Of a DNA stretch of 64,000 nt, positions 12,520 to 26,044 are shown in pieces (position 1 is the first letter of the stretch; the number at the start of each line of letters is the position of its first letter). The notes beneath the pieces were generated by a model, which ran no database searches, was not told where the DNA came from, and saw nothing but the letters and a program-made list of their open reading frames with translations. The stretch covers positions 125,416,944 to 125,480,943 of the forward strand of contig NC_068985.1 of assembly GCF_001194135.2 (NCBI RefSeq). Direction: 5' to 3'. This stretch comes from Octopus bimaculoides. Lineage: Eukaryota. The position numbers were made by a program, and so were the translations under genes.

Positions 12520-12728
12520 GTGTGTCTGTGTTTGTTCCACCACCATCATTTGACGACCGATGTTTGCGTGTTTACGTCCTCGTATTTTAGCAGTTCGGTA
12601 AAACAAACCGATAGAATAAGTGCTAGGCTTATAAAGAATAAGTCCTGGGGTCGATTTCTTCGACTAAAAGGCGCTGGTACAGTATGGCCATAGTCAAATG
12701 ACTGAAACAAGTGAAAGAGTAAAAGAAT
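12520..12728 (+). mobile_element. SINE family A, 3' half
   Basis: gaataagtcctggggtcgatttcttcgactaaa...gactgaaacaagtgaaagagtaaaaga. Confidence 0.9.
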
Positions 12729-12789
12729 ATATATATATATGTATGTGTGTGTGTGTGTGTGTGTGTGTACGCATATATATATATATATA

Positions 12790-12861
12790 GCCCGGTCTTG
12801 GAATCGAAACCGCGATCCCACGACCGCGAGTCCGCTCCGCTAATCACTAGGCCATTGCGCC
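12790..12861 (-). mobile_element. Isolated tRNA-derived SINE head
   Basis: Reverse complement ggcgcaatggcctagtgattagc...ggtttcgattccaagaccgggc has A and B boxes but no complete cloverleaf. Confidence 0.75.
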
Positions 12862-12881
12862 TACACATACACTCATCTCAT

Positions 12882-12948
<67 letters not shown>

Positions 12949-13043
12949 GATACATACGCACACATACACATATATATATATATATACATATATATATATG
13001 TTATGTATATGTACTTATACATACGTATATATATATATGCATG

Positions 13044-13078
<35 letters not shown>

Positions 13079-13095
13079 GCGNNNNNNNNNNCATG

Positions 13096-13156
<61 letters not shown>

Positions 13157-14243
13157 GCACACACACACATGTATGATGATGATCCCCATCATTATTTGAA
13201 AGTGACTCGAGGGCCCAGAATCTCGTGTATGGCACTTATTACAAAAATGGTAAGTGCACAGTCACCTCGGGCCTCGGATCACTTCGTGAGTCGGGGCCGT
13301 TTAAAACAATGAAATGCAATTACTCGTTCACTAATTCCTAGTTATCCTGCTCGTTGTACCTAACCTACACACACGCACACACTCGCGCGCACATGCGCAA
13401 ACAGAGTACACAAGCACATCCAAAACACGTCGCTTTATTTACGTCTCTTACAAAGAGACAAACAAAATAACTTTACGTTGACTTCAAATTCAGTTGGAAG
13501 ATCAACCCCTTCATCGTGGGGTCCATGTAAATAAACTCTACTCCTTCCCAAATTATTCTAGTGTAGTTCACAATCAGTGTGTATCTGTTTGCGTACTTTT
13601 AAATATTTGCTGTTGTTGAGATATCCGGGCGTGTCGTTTCTAATTGAGAAGCCTTATAAACAAAGCACGTTCCAGTTGTGACAGAGAACGTTTATTTTAA
13701 AGATATCTAGGGCCTTCATTATCCCCCATATATCCTCGTCTCTTAATTTACAGTATTGCAAGATATGGATTTGACGGAGATTAAAATGTTGGTTTTTATC
13801 GGGTGGCGAGTTTACATAGCTTAAGCCTCATTAGGTCGCATCCGCGTTTATTATTGTAGGAATTATCACTGTGTTTATGTATGCTCGTATGGCCGTGTCT
13901 CCGTTTGGGTGCTTGCGTGTGAATATGTGTGAGCGATGTCGTCTATATTTGCCGAGTGGTTTTAGTGTATGCGTGGGTGATTGTTAAGTGTATTCGTGTG
14001 TGCGTGCGTGTCTGTTCGCTCACTGACTGGAGCATATATATATATGGGCGACATTCAGTGTGTATATTTTTCAGGATAAGAAGTTGTAGCATGTTTCTGA
14101 CGGTTTGTGTACACACGTGCACACACACAAACACAAATAAACACACACACATGCATGTATACGTACTCATGTATGTATGTATGTATGTATGTATGTATGT
14201 ACGTATGTATGTACGTATGTATGTATGGTTGTATGGTTGTATG

Positions 14244-14303
<60 letters not shown>

Positions 14304-15342
14304 TGTATGGATGCATTAAGAATGATAAAAGTAATGTAAGACGCATGTTTCACTACAGTAATTTTTATATAGAAACATACATATATACAGACAGACAGCC
14401 ATACATACATACCGACAGACAGACAGACACGTCACTTATACCTGGGTGCAACTCAGTCAACAACAATTTACTTGAATGAATCGTGTTACTACAAAACTGA
14501 CTTAACAGATCCTATCAGGTGGTGCTATTAAGTTAGTTAGACACAGCCTGTTAAATATGACGATATTATATACGTGTGCGTATGTATATGAATGCATGGA
14601 TGTATTGTTTTGCTTGTTTCAGCCCTAAGGCAGCACTAATTCTGTTTCTACCACCAAACTCCCTCGCATTCCCTATCTCTAATCTAGTTCTGTAAACGCA
14701 CATACTATCTGAGAGGGTCGTTATAATTGTGGCATTCATTTTATTAAATGTTGATTATTTGATAAGAAAACAAGACAAACGGGAACCATAAATAGTGCTT
14801 GTGTGTGGTTTTGGCAAGATGACTTTATCAAAATGACTATCTATGCCTTTGACATGACACATTGCTTCAACACTCTTACGAAACGACGAATAAATACATA
14901 TGTCTACGATGTGTGTGTCTATGTACGTATGTATGAATGTATGTATATGTGTATATGTACGTACACACACATATATACGCATATATAAAAATATATTTAT
15001 GTATATATATACACACACACAAATATATATATATATATATATAATTATGTGTATTTCTTCTATCTTAATGAGTAAAAATTCTTCTGATACAATAAATGGG
15101 TTAATAGAAANNNNNNNNNNNNNNNNNNNNNNNNNNNNNNNNNNNNNNNNNNNNNNNNNNNNNNNNNNNNNNNNNNNNNNNNNNNNNNNNNNNNNNNNNN
15201 NNNNNNNNNNNNNNNNNNNNNNNNNNNNNNNNNNNNNNNNNNNNNNNNNNNNNNNNNNNNNNNNNNNNNNNNNNNNNNNNNNNNNNNNNNNNNNNNNNNN
15301 NNNNNNNNNNNNNNNNNNNNNNNNNNNNNNNNNNNNNNNNNN

Positions 15343-15380
<38 letters not shown>

Positions 15381-15494
15381 GTATGTGTGTGTGTAAACGT
15401 ATATATATATATATATATAACTAAGAGTTGTTGTCTACACATATATATATATATATAACTAAGTGTTGTTGTCTATATATAATATATACACACA

Positions 15495-15534
<40 letters not shown>

Positions 15535-15581
15535 CATACATACATACATACATATATGCATACATGCATACATACATGCAT

Positions 15582-15885
15582 ACATGGAGGGGGATAAAAT
15601 ACCTGCACCAGCTTGCTATAAAAGCAGATAATCATTTTACCTTTTGAAGAGTGCAGTTCTTTTTCCAAAGCTATAATGGAAGTGACAGAGGAGTATATTC
15701 GGCATATTTTGCTTTATCAGTCCAATAAAGGCAACAGTGCAACGGAAATTGCGAGGAATATTAATGCAGCATATGGGGATCGGACAATAAGCGTTAGCCA
15801 GTGTCAACGGTGCTTCCAGAAATTCTGAACCGGAAATAACAGCCTAGAGGTCGAGCCTCGTCCTGCATGATGTGTAGAGCGAAAA
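15582..15885 (+). mobile_element. mariner transposase 5' remnant (HTH domain), pseudogenised
   Basis: ATG at 15676: MEVTEEYIRHILLYQSNKGNSATEIARNINAAYGDRTISVSQCQRCFQKF*TGNNSLEVEPR. Confidence 0.9.
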
Positions 15886-16389
15886 CGGTCTGAAAAGCCT
15901 GGTGGAGATATATGTCTGTCTGTCTGCATGTATGTATGTATATACGTGTACGTAACGTGCTTCACTATATAGCTGTTAAAATTCTTTTATGTTTATAAAT
16001 TTTTTTTTTATTCTTAGAAAATTTCATTAAAAATTATTCATTTTACTGAAAAGTACGAGAAGATAAAATCGGGATTAGCGGTTTACCGGAGGTGCAACTT
16101 ATGTAAGGATGCCAATATATGTAAAATGGCAATGTCGCAACGGCGATGTACATTCGTGTGCATGCGTTCTTCTTTGTGCATATATACATTTTCCTATTTA
16201 GTCATTGATTAGTTTCATTAAATTAGCACGGATATCTTGGGACTACAACCTTTAACAGTTCGGCCAGTCATATCAACTGAAGTACATACTTTATTAGTCT
16301 GGGAGTATTTCATCGATCGCTACTTGTTTATCCACTATGGTTTAAAAATAGAAAGCTGCTTTAGCCAACACGTTACCCCAGTGGCATAC

Positions 16390-16552
16390 GCTGAATTTTA
16401 TACGTATATAGACTCAAACATACATACCTGCATACATACATACATACATACATACATACATACATACATACATACATAATATATACATACACATGTTATA
16501 TATTATATATATATGTATGATATATACGTATATATGTGTATGTATATACATA

Positions 16553-16613
<61 letters not shown>

Positions 16614-16785
16614 CCTGCCCATATATATGGATATATATATATGGGCTGAATTTTATACATATATAGACTCAAGCATACATACCTGCATACATACATACAT
16701 ACCTACATACATAATATATACATACACATGTTATATATTATATATATATATATATATGTATGATATATATGTATATATGTATATG
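16390..16785. repeat. Local tandem duplication, period about 255 bp (gctgaattttatac..tatagactcaa plus microsatellites)
   Basis: Units start at 16390 and 16645 and share the same microsatellite order. Confidence 0.8.
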
Positions 16786-17336
16786 TAATGCTTCGATATA
16801 CCAGTTATTTTGTTCCCGGAGACCGCTCATAAAGCGAAATCTCGTAAAGCAGAGCTGTAATGTCCCATAGTAGTAATGTTATAAATCGCAATTCGTTTTA
16901 AGAAAAATATTTTACCTATAAAATTTATAATGCTCATAAATAAATGACAATAAAGCAATAGTAGAATGTAAAGAATGTGAAGATAAAGTACGATAGCTAA
17001 TATCTATTATCATAATCGTTTTCTGAATCACTATCACTCGTACTAGACGCATGCACACCATCGCTTGTAGATGCGATCGCCGATTCACAAGCACTCGTAG
17101 ACGGACTTGTAGATTTCTTAAAAAAAAAAAACAAGTCTAGAGTTGTTTGCCTAGAAGCTGTTTTTCACTCTTTATAAGTTTCTCGGTAATATACAGAAGT
17201 ATTTCTAATCGGTTGTTGAAGCTTTTGCACTTCGATCAAAATTTGGATCTTGCGCTTGAGAAATTTATTATAAAAACAAAACTCGTAAGTCCTGTGTCTC
17301 GTAAAGTGGGTCGTCGAAAAGTGAGGTATAACTGTA
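16783..17336. mobile_element. Tigger/pogo-like non-autonomous DNA transposon
   Basis: Right end ..cgaaaagtgaggtataactgta; degenerate left end; subterminal ctcgtaaag repeats at both ends. Confidence 0.45.
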
Positions 17337-17362
17337 TATACATATTTATATACAAACCTATA

Positions 17363-17395
<33 letters not shown>

Positions 17396-17614
17396 GTATA
17401 TATATATATGTGTATATATATATGTATTTATATTTATGCATATATGTGTGTGTGTATATATATATATATGTATATATCTATGTGTATATATATATATGCA
17501 TGTATATATATATACATATATATATATACATATATTATACATACATATATACATATATATGTATTATATGTATGTATATATATGTATATATATATACATA
17601 CATATATATATATA

Positions 17615-17667
<53 letters not shown>

Positions 17668-17681
17668 GATACATTGTTTAC

Positions 17682-17943
17682 ATTATTTACATTTGACGGT
17701 TATTTTTTCCTGATCTTTGTTGTTAACACAACGTTTCGGCTGATATACCCTCTAGCCTTCTTCAGGCGTCTTGGGGAAATTTCGAACCTCAGTTGTCATT
17801 CCTAAGGTATTTTTCGATGTTGTTATTATTATTATTATTATGATTATTATTATTATTATTATTATTATTCCGGCCACTGCCTGGAATCGAACTCGGAATC
17901 TTGGGTTTAGTAGCCCGCGCTCTTAACCACTACGCCATATGCC
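17682..17943 (-). mobile_element. Chimeric non-autonomous retroelement: tRNA-derived head + (AAT)n + Penelope-type tail with hammerhead
   Basis: A-box 17927-17937, B-box 17883-17894, (AAT)n, then the hammerhead at 17725-17770. Confidence 0.8.
17725..17770 (-). ncRNA. Minimal type I hammerhead ribozyme, intact core
   Basis: GACGC-CUGAAGA-A-GGCU(12 nt)AGCC-GAAAC-GU-U-GUGUU; palindromic ACGU helix III; helix I 5 bp including wobbles. Confidence 0.8.
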
Positions 17944-17952
17944 AGTGGTAGC

Positions 17953-18021
17953 GTATATCAGCCGAAACGTCGTGTTAACAACAAACAAGATGAGGACAAA
18001 TAACTGTCAAATGTAAATAAT
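17953..18021 (+). repeat. Inverted copy of the 3' tail of the 17682-17943 element
   Basis: Reverse complement of 17682-17748 (gtatatcagccgaaacg..gtgttaacaacaaa..tcaaatgtaaataat); runs into an N gap. Confidence 0.9.
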
Positions 18022-18121
18022 NNNNNNNNNNNNNNNNNNNNNNNNNNNNNNNNNNNNNNNNNNNNNNNNNNNNNNNNNNNNNNNNNNNNNNNNNNNNNNN
18101 NNNNNNNNNNNNNNNNNNNNN

Positions 18122-18166
<45 letters not shown>

Positions 18167-18804
18167 GAGTTTTAGTGTTGTCAGTATCGGTAGAACGATG
18201 CTGGTGCCTGCGCGGCTTGTAGAGGTGTTGCCTAGTGAAACCCATCTTTCTCTCTCTACGTCTGAACATAACCTATTCTTTCTAGAGACAAACAGAGTGA
18301 GAGAGGAAGTGAGAAAAAGCATAGGTAAAAAAGAAAACAATAATAATCACATTAAGTCCTAGATAGGTAGAATTGAGTCCGAGGTGGGGAAAAGCAGGTC
18401 TGACCTCGATGAGAAAGTCGGGTCTGAAACCGTAAAACATTCTATCCGACGCTCAAATTACTCTTCCAAGTCGCCATCTCACAATATTTGAGAAAATATC
18501 ATCTATAATCTATCATTAAAATTATATTTGTTGGCGATCAATGAAAGTTATATAAAACGCATAAGACATGATTCTAAATTGTACGAACGGCGAATGAAAC
18601 ACCATTTGGTTGAAACAACGATGCATCAGGTGTTTCGATTGAAGTCTCGTTGTAGTATCTGAAGTATCTTGTCCTTCTGACGATTATCGTGTAGTTACAA
18701 CCGTCAAGTTTTAAGTCAGAACGAGGCTAGAAATACATTATTGTTTTGAGTTTATACATATGTGTCATGGTATATAATTCTGTAATTTACAATATATAAG
18801 AAAG

Positions 18805-19120
18805 TTTAGCCGAGTAGTTAAGAAGTTCGCTTTGCACCCGTGAGATCTCAGTTTCAGTCTCATTGTGTGGATTCTTGAGCAAGTATCCTTAATGTAATTT
18901 CTTATTGCAGATGTCCATCGGATTGGCTGTACGTCTAATCCAAAAATTCAGCCTCGTCATACCATTTCCCGCATATTCTACTTGAGATTTACGTTAAGGG
19001 CAAATGTATCTGTGGAATATTCAGCTTCTTCGCACCCTAATTTAATAACGAAGTCGTCCTTTTGATCGAGCAACTGGATATTCATACGTTGAAATCGACG
19101 GGAGAGTCCGTCACAGCACA
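18805..19120 (+). mobile_element. Diverged tRNA-SINE
   Basis: Head agccgagtagttaagaag..ttcttgagcaag; tail resembles 38888-39175. Confidence 0.6.
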
Positions 19121-19176
19121 ATTCACACATGCGCGTGACATACACACACGCGCGTGTGTATGTATTTACATACGTA

Positions 19177-19214
<38 letters not shown>

Positions 19215-19217
<3 letters not shown>

Positions 19218-19378
19218 GTCATGATAGATCGCTAACCACTACACATTGTTTATTTTCTTTCTATGTTCCTTTCTGTGGAAGAGCGTAGGCTCGAAACGTT
19301 AAAGACGTTTTCACTTCCCGAACGTTAGACTAATACATCTGTCTTCGTCTTTTTTCTTTTTTTGTGAATTCTCCCTAT
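19215..19378 (+). mobile_element. Penelope-like terminal repeat, family B
   Basis: Homologous to 32725-32905 and 35770-35985; abuts (TA)n; carries a hammerhead motif. Confidence 0.7.
19269..19304 (+). ncRNA. Hammerhead variant (A6U)
   Basis: CUUU-CUGUGGA-A-GAGC(GUAG)GCUC-GAAAC-GU-U-AAAG. Confidence 0.6.
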
Positions 19379-20209
19379 ATATTTATATACACACATGCAT
19401 GCGTGCGATCACATAAATGCATATATGTTTATCTGATATACATGAACACATACTAAAGGACTTAGTTCTATTAGCGTTTAAAAACTCCGAAAGACATAAT
19501 GTTTTTTCAGGTAACAGTTGGTAGGATTTGAACTGATCACTTCAAAACCCGAAGTAGTCATTGCAAAACTTCTCGTTGGACGTTTTAACGCTTTTCAATC
19601 TCTCTATAGATAGTTATAGAAAAATATATACAGTCGTCTGTTTTCTGTATTAAAAAAATAATTAGACATATTCATGCATATATATATATATACAAACATA
19701 TATAGATACATACGTACATAATACACATTTTTTAAATAGAGAATCAAGAAGTTCATGAATAAAAACAGGTCTGTGCACGGTGGATGGATAGAGACGAAGT
19801 GACAAAGCACAATCTAAAACAGAATATTCACCAATAAAAGCAAATGGTATCCGTTTGATTGTCGAGCGCTGGTGTCTGTCACTACACCTTCATGAGACCT
19901 AGTTAAATCAATTAAAGTTAAAGATATCTGTGGAACGTTTAGTTACATTCAACAGGCTAACTGTTTTCCGAACGAAACTCACATTTCCCTAATACAACGG
20001 CGGTAGGATACGGCTATATGGTTACGGTTTAGGTTAAGATATGAGTATAGGGTTATAGAATTTCAAGGTTACTGGTTTACATGGAGAAGAGCTTAACTGA
20101 AAAGGTTTGATTATAAAATTTCTTTTCTATTTTATACACAACTGCAACATCCAATGTCAAACATCGAAAGAAAATAATTTCCTTAATAAAGTAAAAAGAA
20201 AAGTGGCGA

Positions 20210-20775
20210 TATTAGGTCATTAAGAATGAAATGTCCGATTTTGAACTGAAAGTTTATTTTACTTTATCCCAACAAAAAGCAATGAAATTAATCAAAGTAT
20301 GCACCTAAATTATCAATACAATTTTGCCATTTCATCGGTCGCTTATTTATGCCGGCAGTGAAGAATTCTGGAGAGCAAGAGATGATGAAATCACGAAAGG
20401 CTGTTTTTGCATCTTATTTAGATTTGAAGTTTTTTTCCTTACAAAAAGTTGTCTTATACTTAGAAAACGTAATAGTCAGTTGGTGCAAGATCTGGTGAAT
20501 ATGATGGATGACAAAGTACTTCCAAGTTCAGTTCCTGTAACCTGAGAAGCGTTCTTTGTGCAACATGTGGTCGAGCATTGTCTTGCAAGAGAATTGGCCT
20601 GTCTCTATTGACCAATCTCGGTTGTTTAATTGCAAGTTTACTCATCATTTCATCGAACTGGTTGATGTATACATCCGCTGTAGTTGATTTACTAGATCTC
20701 ATGAAAGTGTAGTAGATGACACCAGCGCTCGACCACCAAACAGATACCATTAGCTTTTTTGGTGAATATTCTGTT
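20210..20775 (-). mobile_element. mariner transposase 3' half (DD34D domain) with right TIR
   Basis: ILLQDNARPHVAQRTLLRLQELNLEVLCHPSYSPDLAPTDY...AGINKRPMKWQNCIDNLGAYFD*; TIR tattaggtcat..gtccgatttt. Confidence 0.95.
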
Positions 20776-20799
20776 TTGGATTATGTTTTGTGAGTGCGA

Positions 20800-21187
20800 A
20801 GAATTCGATTCTCCATGACGACAGTGCACCCTGTCACTGAGTTCCCCTCACTCGTGAGTTTCTCGCCAAAAGTAACATGGTATCGCTACCGCACGCGCCC
20901 TATTAATCAGATTTGGCACTTGCGGATTTCCATCTCTTCCTCATGATGGAAAAAAAAAAGGTCGCCGTTTTAACGCCGTTGTCGAGATCTAGAGCGAATC
21001 GTAGAGGGTCCTCGACTCACTTATGGAAAACGACTTCCGGGCCAGATTCCAAAAGAAGGAGGAACGCTGGGGCCGGTGTACTGCTGCGCAAGGTGATTAT
21101 TTCGAAGGAGACGATTTTAACACTTAGTTTATCAAACTTAGGTTATTAAACATAACTAGTCCAGGAACTTTTTGATACCACCTCGTA
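20800..21187 (+). mobile_element. Second mariner subfamily, transposase 3' end with right TIR
   Basis: LHDDSAPCH..EFLAKSNMVSLPHAPY*SDLALADFHLF..RCTAAQGDYFEGD; TIR ggaactttttgataccacctcgTA. Confidence 0.9.
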
Positions 21188-21519
21188 TGATCTGTTTTTA
21201 ACACAGTAAATGAGAACAAAATGTTACTGGAGCTTGGCATGAAGCATACTTATATTCATATCCTCGGGTTATTTCAATTTATTTCATATATATCATCGCT
21301 ACACTGCACTATTTATAAACATTGCTATGTCTATGCAGTTACTTAATAATGTTTTTCACATGTCATATAATATCATTACAATGCACTATTTATAAACGTA
21401 GACATGGTTCTGTTATTTAAAAACATGACAGTTCATTCATAAAATAACACGGTTGTTGTTTATATTTTGCAGCAGTAACAGAAACAACGTACAGACTACC
21501 GAGTTTCTGTGTGTGTATG

Positions 21520-21568
<49 letters not shown>

Positions 21569-22025
21569 GCGTGCATGTGTGTATGTAGTTGGTGGCTACA
21601 TACATAGATAAAATACAGAGACACGTGTATACATATACACTCACATAAATACTTATATATATTCATACATATTTACATGCATACATACCGTACACTACAA
21701 ATGATCACGGTATCGGGCTAAAAACGTTCAAAACCTTAAGATTGAAAAGATGATGAATAAAACAAGACATTTTTCTTGCTACCAAGTAGGTGGCCTGTCA
21801 AAGTCTATACGAAAACAAAAAGAAGAAGATCATACGTACATACACACAAACATGCAATACATACTAACCAGACACATAAACGACACCAGAATACATTTTG
21901 GCCAACAACAATTCTTCATTCGAGGGGGCCATGATCTCCTAATACGCAGATTAAAGGATTAATCCAAGTGAAGCTCTTAAGTTAGATATAGCCAAAATCT
22001 ATGCATCTTATCTAAATTACCTGAG

Positions 22026-22124
<99 letters not shown>

Positions 22125-22950
22125 TCTATCTTATTTATTTATCTCCGCGATGTCTGCCATGCGTATACAAAAGAAAAAGTATATTATCATACGCACACAA
22201 GCACCAAAAAAGAACAACAAATTTATTGTATTTCTTACAATGTAAATATGTTTTAACATGTAAATAAGTGTGTGTATCTGTGAGTGTATGTATATAACAT
22301 AATATGTTTGTTTGTATGTTTGAAGGCGATAAAAGTATAAACAGGTAAAACTAGGTGAATAAAAGTCATAGAGAGGCAAGACAATTCTCTTCAGTCCCAT
22401 TCTGGAGTGATAGAAACCGATATCCATTTTTATGTTTAATCAATATCCTTACCTGAATTGAACCGAGGACGAACCGAACTGCTAGTCAACGACTACATAC
22501 GGGGGAGAACCATTTTCTAGCATGCCACGACAATGCATATGTATGATTAAGTGGGGTGTATGTATATATATTTCAAGAGACCTAGTGATATATATATTTT
22601 CAGGGTATTTTGCGTGTATAATTATGTACACACCCTAAGCACATATACAAATATGCACTTATAAGCACATTCAGATGTTATGGTTTGTCAAACAAAAAGA
22701 CAGTACTCAATACTTGAGCTAGAATTCTAAAGTATACTTTCTATTTTCACGGTATCCTTTATATAGCAGGTAAAGTTTCAAACTACGCGATCATCAGGTA
22801 GATTCGTACCGATTGTAATGTTGCGAAACTGAAGTCACGACAATAAATATCCTTTTAAATAATCCCTGCGTATCTTTGTCTCTGCCTGTCTGTTTATATG
22901 TCTATCTGTGTGTCTATTTGTCTCTCTCTCTCTTTCTCTCTCAATCTCTG

Positions 22951-23000
<50 letters not shown>

Positions 23001-23154
23001 ATACCTTGTGTCTGTATGTGTCTGTGTGTGTCTCTGTGTGTGTCTGTGTGAGGTACAGATGAATATGAGATTTATGTATTTTTTGCATGTCTAAATATCC
23101 CTAAATACATAAACACACTTGCATAGCAAACATACATAGTATGTTACACACGCA

Positions 23155-23190
<36 letters not shown>

Positions 23191-23900
23191 ACGCACTTAT
23201 TGAAGATACAATCATATTTATATTATATTACAAAGTTTGGTGTTATTTAGTATTTGTATGTGAGAACGTGAACGTTTATAAACACGTATGGCAAACAGTA
23301 TGAAAATAGACAGACATATAGATAGAGAGATAGATAGAGAGAGAGAGAGAGAGGGGGGGAAGAGGGAGGAAAAAAGAGAAAGAGAGATGAAGGACAAGAG
23401 ATACAATGAAACGAGAGATCGGAAGAAGCAGTAAAAATACTTGCATGAATTTGGAGAATGCATTATCGCGAGAGCAAACACATGCAAGGTGCCTAGACAA
23501 TAAATTACACTCGACCATATCACACATTACACCACCTACACCCACTCACACGCCACAAGATCTTACACACGCATACGCACACACGCTAGCACACGCATAC
23601 TCTCATACATATCAACACGTAAGCGCTGCGACATATATGCATACACGCACAGGTAATAAATAACGGGCATATATTACAAAATTGTGAGTATCCAGCTGAT
23701 GTTAGAATCTCTACAGGAACGAATGTGAATTTTGAATATTCTGCCCACAATATTAATAGTTTTATACACAGATACTTATATGTATGTATGGGTGTATACA
23801 TGTGATTGTATGTATTTTATGATGTATGGATGTATGTTAGTGTATATGTGTATGTGTGTGTATACATACATTACAAATACATATATGCATATTATGTATG

Positions 23901-23952
<52 letters not shown>

Positions 23953-23969
23953 TTCATACTTATACACAT

Positions 23970-24330
23970 AAGCACATGCGTGATTGCGTGGTTCCGTGTC
24001 CAGTCCCACTGCACGGCACCTTGGGCAAGTGTCTTCTAATGTATAGTCTCGGGCGGACCAAAGCCTTATGAGTGGATTTGGTAGACGGAAACTGAAAGAA
24101 GCCCGTTGTATATGCATATATCTATGTCTCTGTGTTTTTATGTCAATGTTTCTCCACACCGCCCACCGTTTAAGCTGTTTTTGTGTGTTTATGTTCGCGT
24201 AAACTAGAGGTTCGGCTAAAGAAATCGATATAAGTACCAGGCTTACGATAAAGGGACTGGGACATATTCATTCTGCTAAAAATTCTTCAAGGCGGTGTCC
24301 CAGCACGGCCGCATTCTGAAACAATAAAAA
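23970..24330 (+). mobile_element. tRNA-SINE family A, near full length
   Basis: cagtcccactgcacggcaccttgggcaagtgtcttc..gtggatttggtagacggaaactgaaagaagccc..tail. Confidence 0.9.
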
Positions 24331-24516
24331 ATATATACACATACATTATACATATTACATATATGTCTTTATCTTATATAATCTAAATGTGTGTGAGTAA
24401 ATATACGAATCAATGTGTGTGTGTGTGTGCGTGTGTTAAATAATATTATACATATTATGTGCGCGTGTATGTATACACATGTAGAAATCAGAATGTGTTC
24501 CCCTTCCCTCTCTCTC

Positions 24517-24598
<82 letters not shown>

Positions 24599-24895
24599 NN
24601 NNNNNNNNNNNNNNNNNNNNNNNNNNNNNNNNNNNNNNNNNNNNNNNNNNNNNNNNNNNNNNNNNNNNNNNNNNNNNNNNNNNNNNNNNNNNNNNNNNNN
24701 NNNNNNNNNNNNNNNNNNNNNNNNNNNNNNNNNNNNNNNNNNNNNNNNNNNNNNNNNNNNNNNNNNNNNNNNNNNNNNNNNNNNNNNNNNNNNNNNNNNN
24801 NNNNNNNNNNNNNNNNNNNNNNNNNNNNNNNNNNNNNNNNNNNNNNNNNNNNNNNNNNNNNNNNNNNNNNNNNNNNNNNNNNNNNNNNNNNNNNN

Positions 24896-24937
<42 letters not shown>

Positions 24938-24940
24938 TAC

Positions 24941-25002
<62 letters not shown>

Positions 25003-25439
25003 GGTGGGCTGTAGAATGTATTTATTTGTATAAAGTCGATTATTCATTTCTGTGATGTGTTTCTAGTTGTCGGCTTATCAATCAAAGCCTGGTTAATCAC
25101 CCTGCACGTCAATTAGTCTTTTCTAATAAATGTCATTATGCGATCTATTTTTTGCTCAGACGGATGTATCATTCCTTGACATATAGATGGACCTGTTTAA
25201 CAGCACCTGTTTGTCATCAATGCATTTTTTATTGTTTTAATAATTATAGATTTTTTTGTTAATTTTCTAGGATTGGCAAAAAAAGTTTCTTTTTCTGTTA
25301 TATATATATATATATATAGTAAAATCGATCATTAAAAACAGAACATTAAAATCGAACGTTAAAAATAACAAATAACAAAACGTCAAAAGGACGTACGTAT
25401 GGAATATAACGTTGATGCTCAGTAAAGATAGAAAAAAAA

Positions 25440-26035
25440 GAGTGCTTCCCAACCATATACTTCTGGGTTCAGTCCCGCTGTATGGCACATTGACCAAACG
25501 GGTTGACCAAAGCGTTGTGAGTGGATTCGCAGACGGAAACTGAAAGAAGCCTGTTGTATATATACAAACGAGGGAATGCTGAAGAGTTCCTGGATTTAGA
25601 AAGAAGAAAATGCAGGAAGTTCAGTTAATTGTGATGTATTCAACATGTTCCCCTCTCTGATTCACGCACTTATTGCAGCGATCCTTCAGTTTTTCTAACT
25701 CTGTAAAGAACACGGAAGGTTGGGCCTTCAACCAGACCTTTTGTCATACCCTTAAAACTAGAAACCTTTCAACCCTGCCTCGTGTATATATTTATATATA
25801 TATATATATAATGTCTGTGTGTCTGTGTGCGTGTGTGTGTTTGTGTCTGTGTTTGTCTACACCACCACTATCACTTGACAACTGGTAACTTAGCGGATCG
25901 GCAAAAGAGCCTGATAGAATAGGTGTCAGCCTTAAAAAAAAAAAAGTACTGGAGTCTATTCATTCAACTAACAGAGTTCCTCAAGGTGGTGTCCCGGCAC
26001 GGCTGCAGCATAACGACTGTAAAAGACAAAAGATA
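25440..26035 (+). mobile_element. SINE family A interrupted by a MITE
   Basis: Head half 25440-25560 and tail half 25800-26035 are collinear. Confidence 0.8.
25568..25783. mobile_element. mariner-type MITE inserted in the internal (TA)n linker of the SINE
   Basis: Imperfect TIRs acgagggaatgctgaagagttcc / gaaacctttcaaccctgcctcgt. Confidence 0.65.
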
Positions 26036-26044
26036 TATATCACG

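Noticed and set aside
12790-12861. Possible tRNA gene (also 17870-17943 and other heads)
   Set aside because: A and B boxes are present but the acceptor stem does not close; SINE heads
22770-22800. Minus-strand CUGAUGA...GAAAC spacing
   Set aside because: The intervening 11 nt cannot form helix II, and helices I and III do not pair
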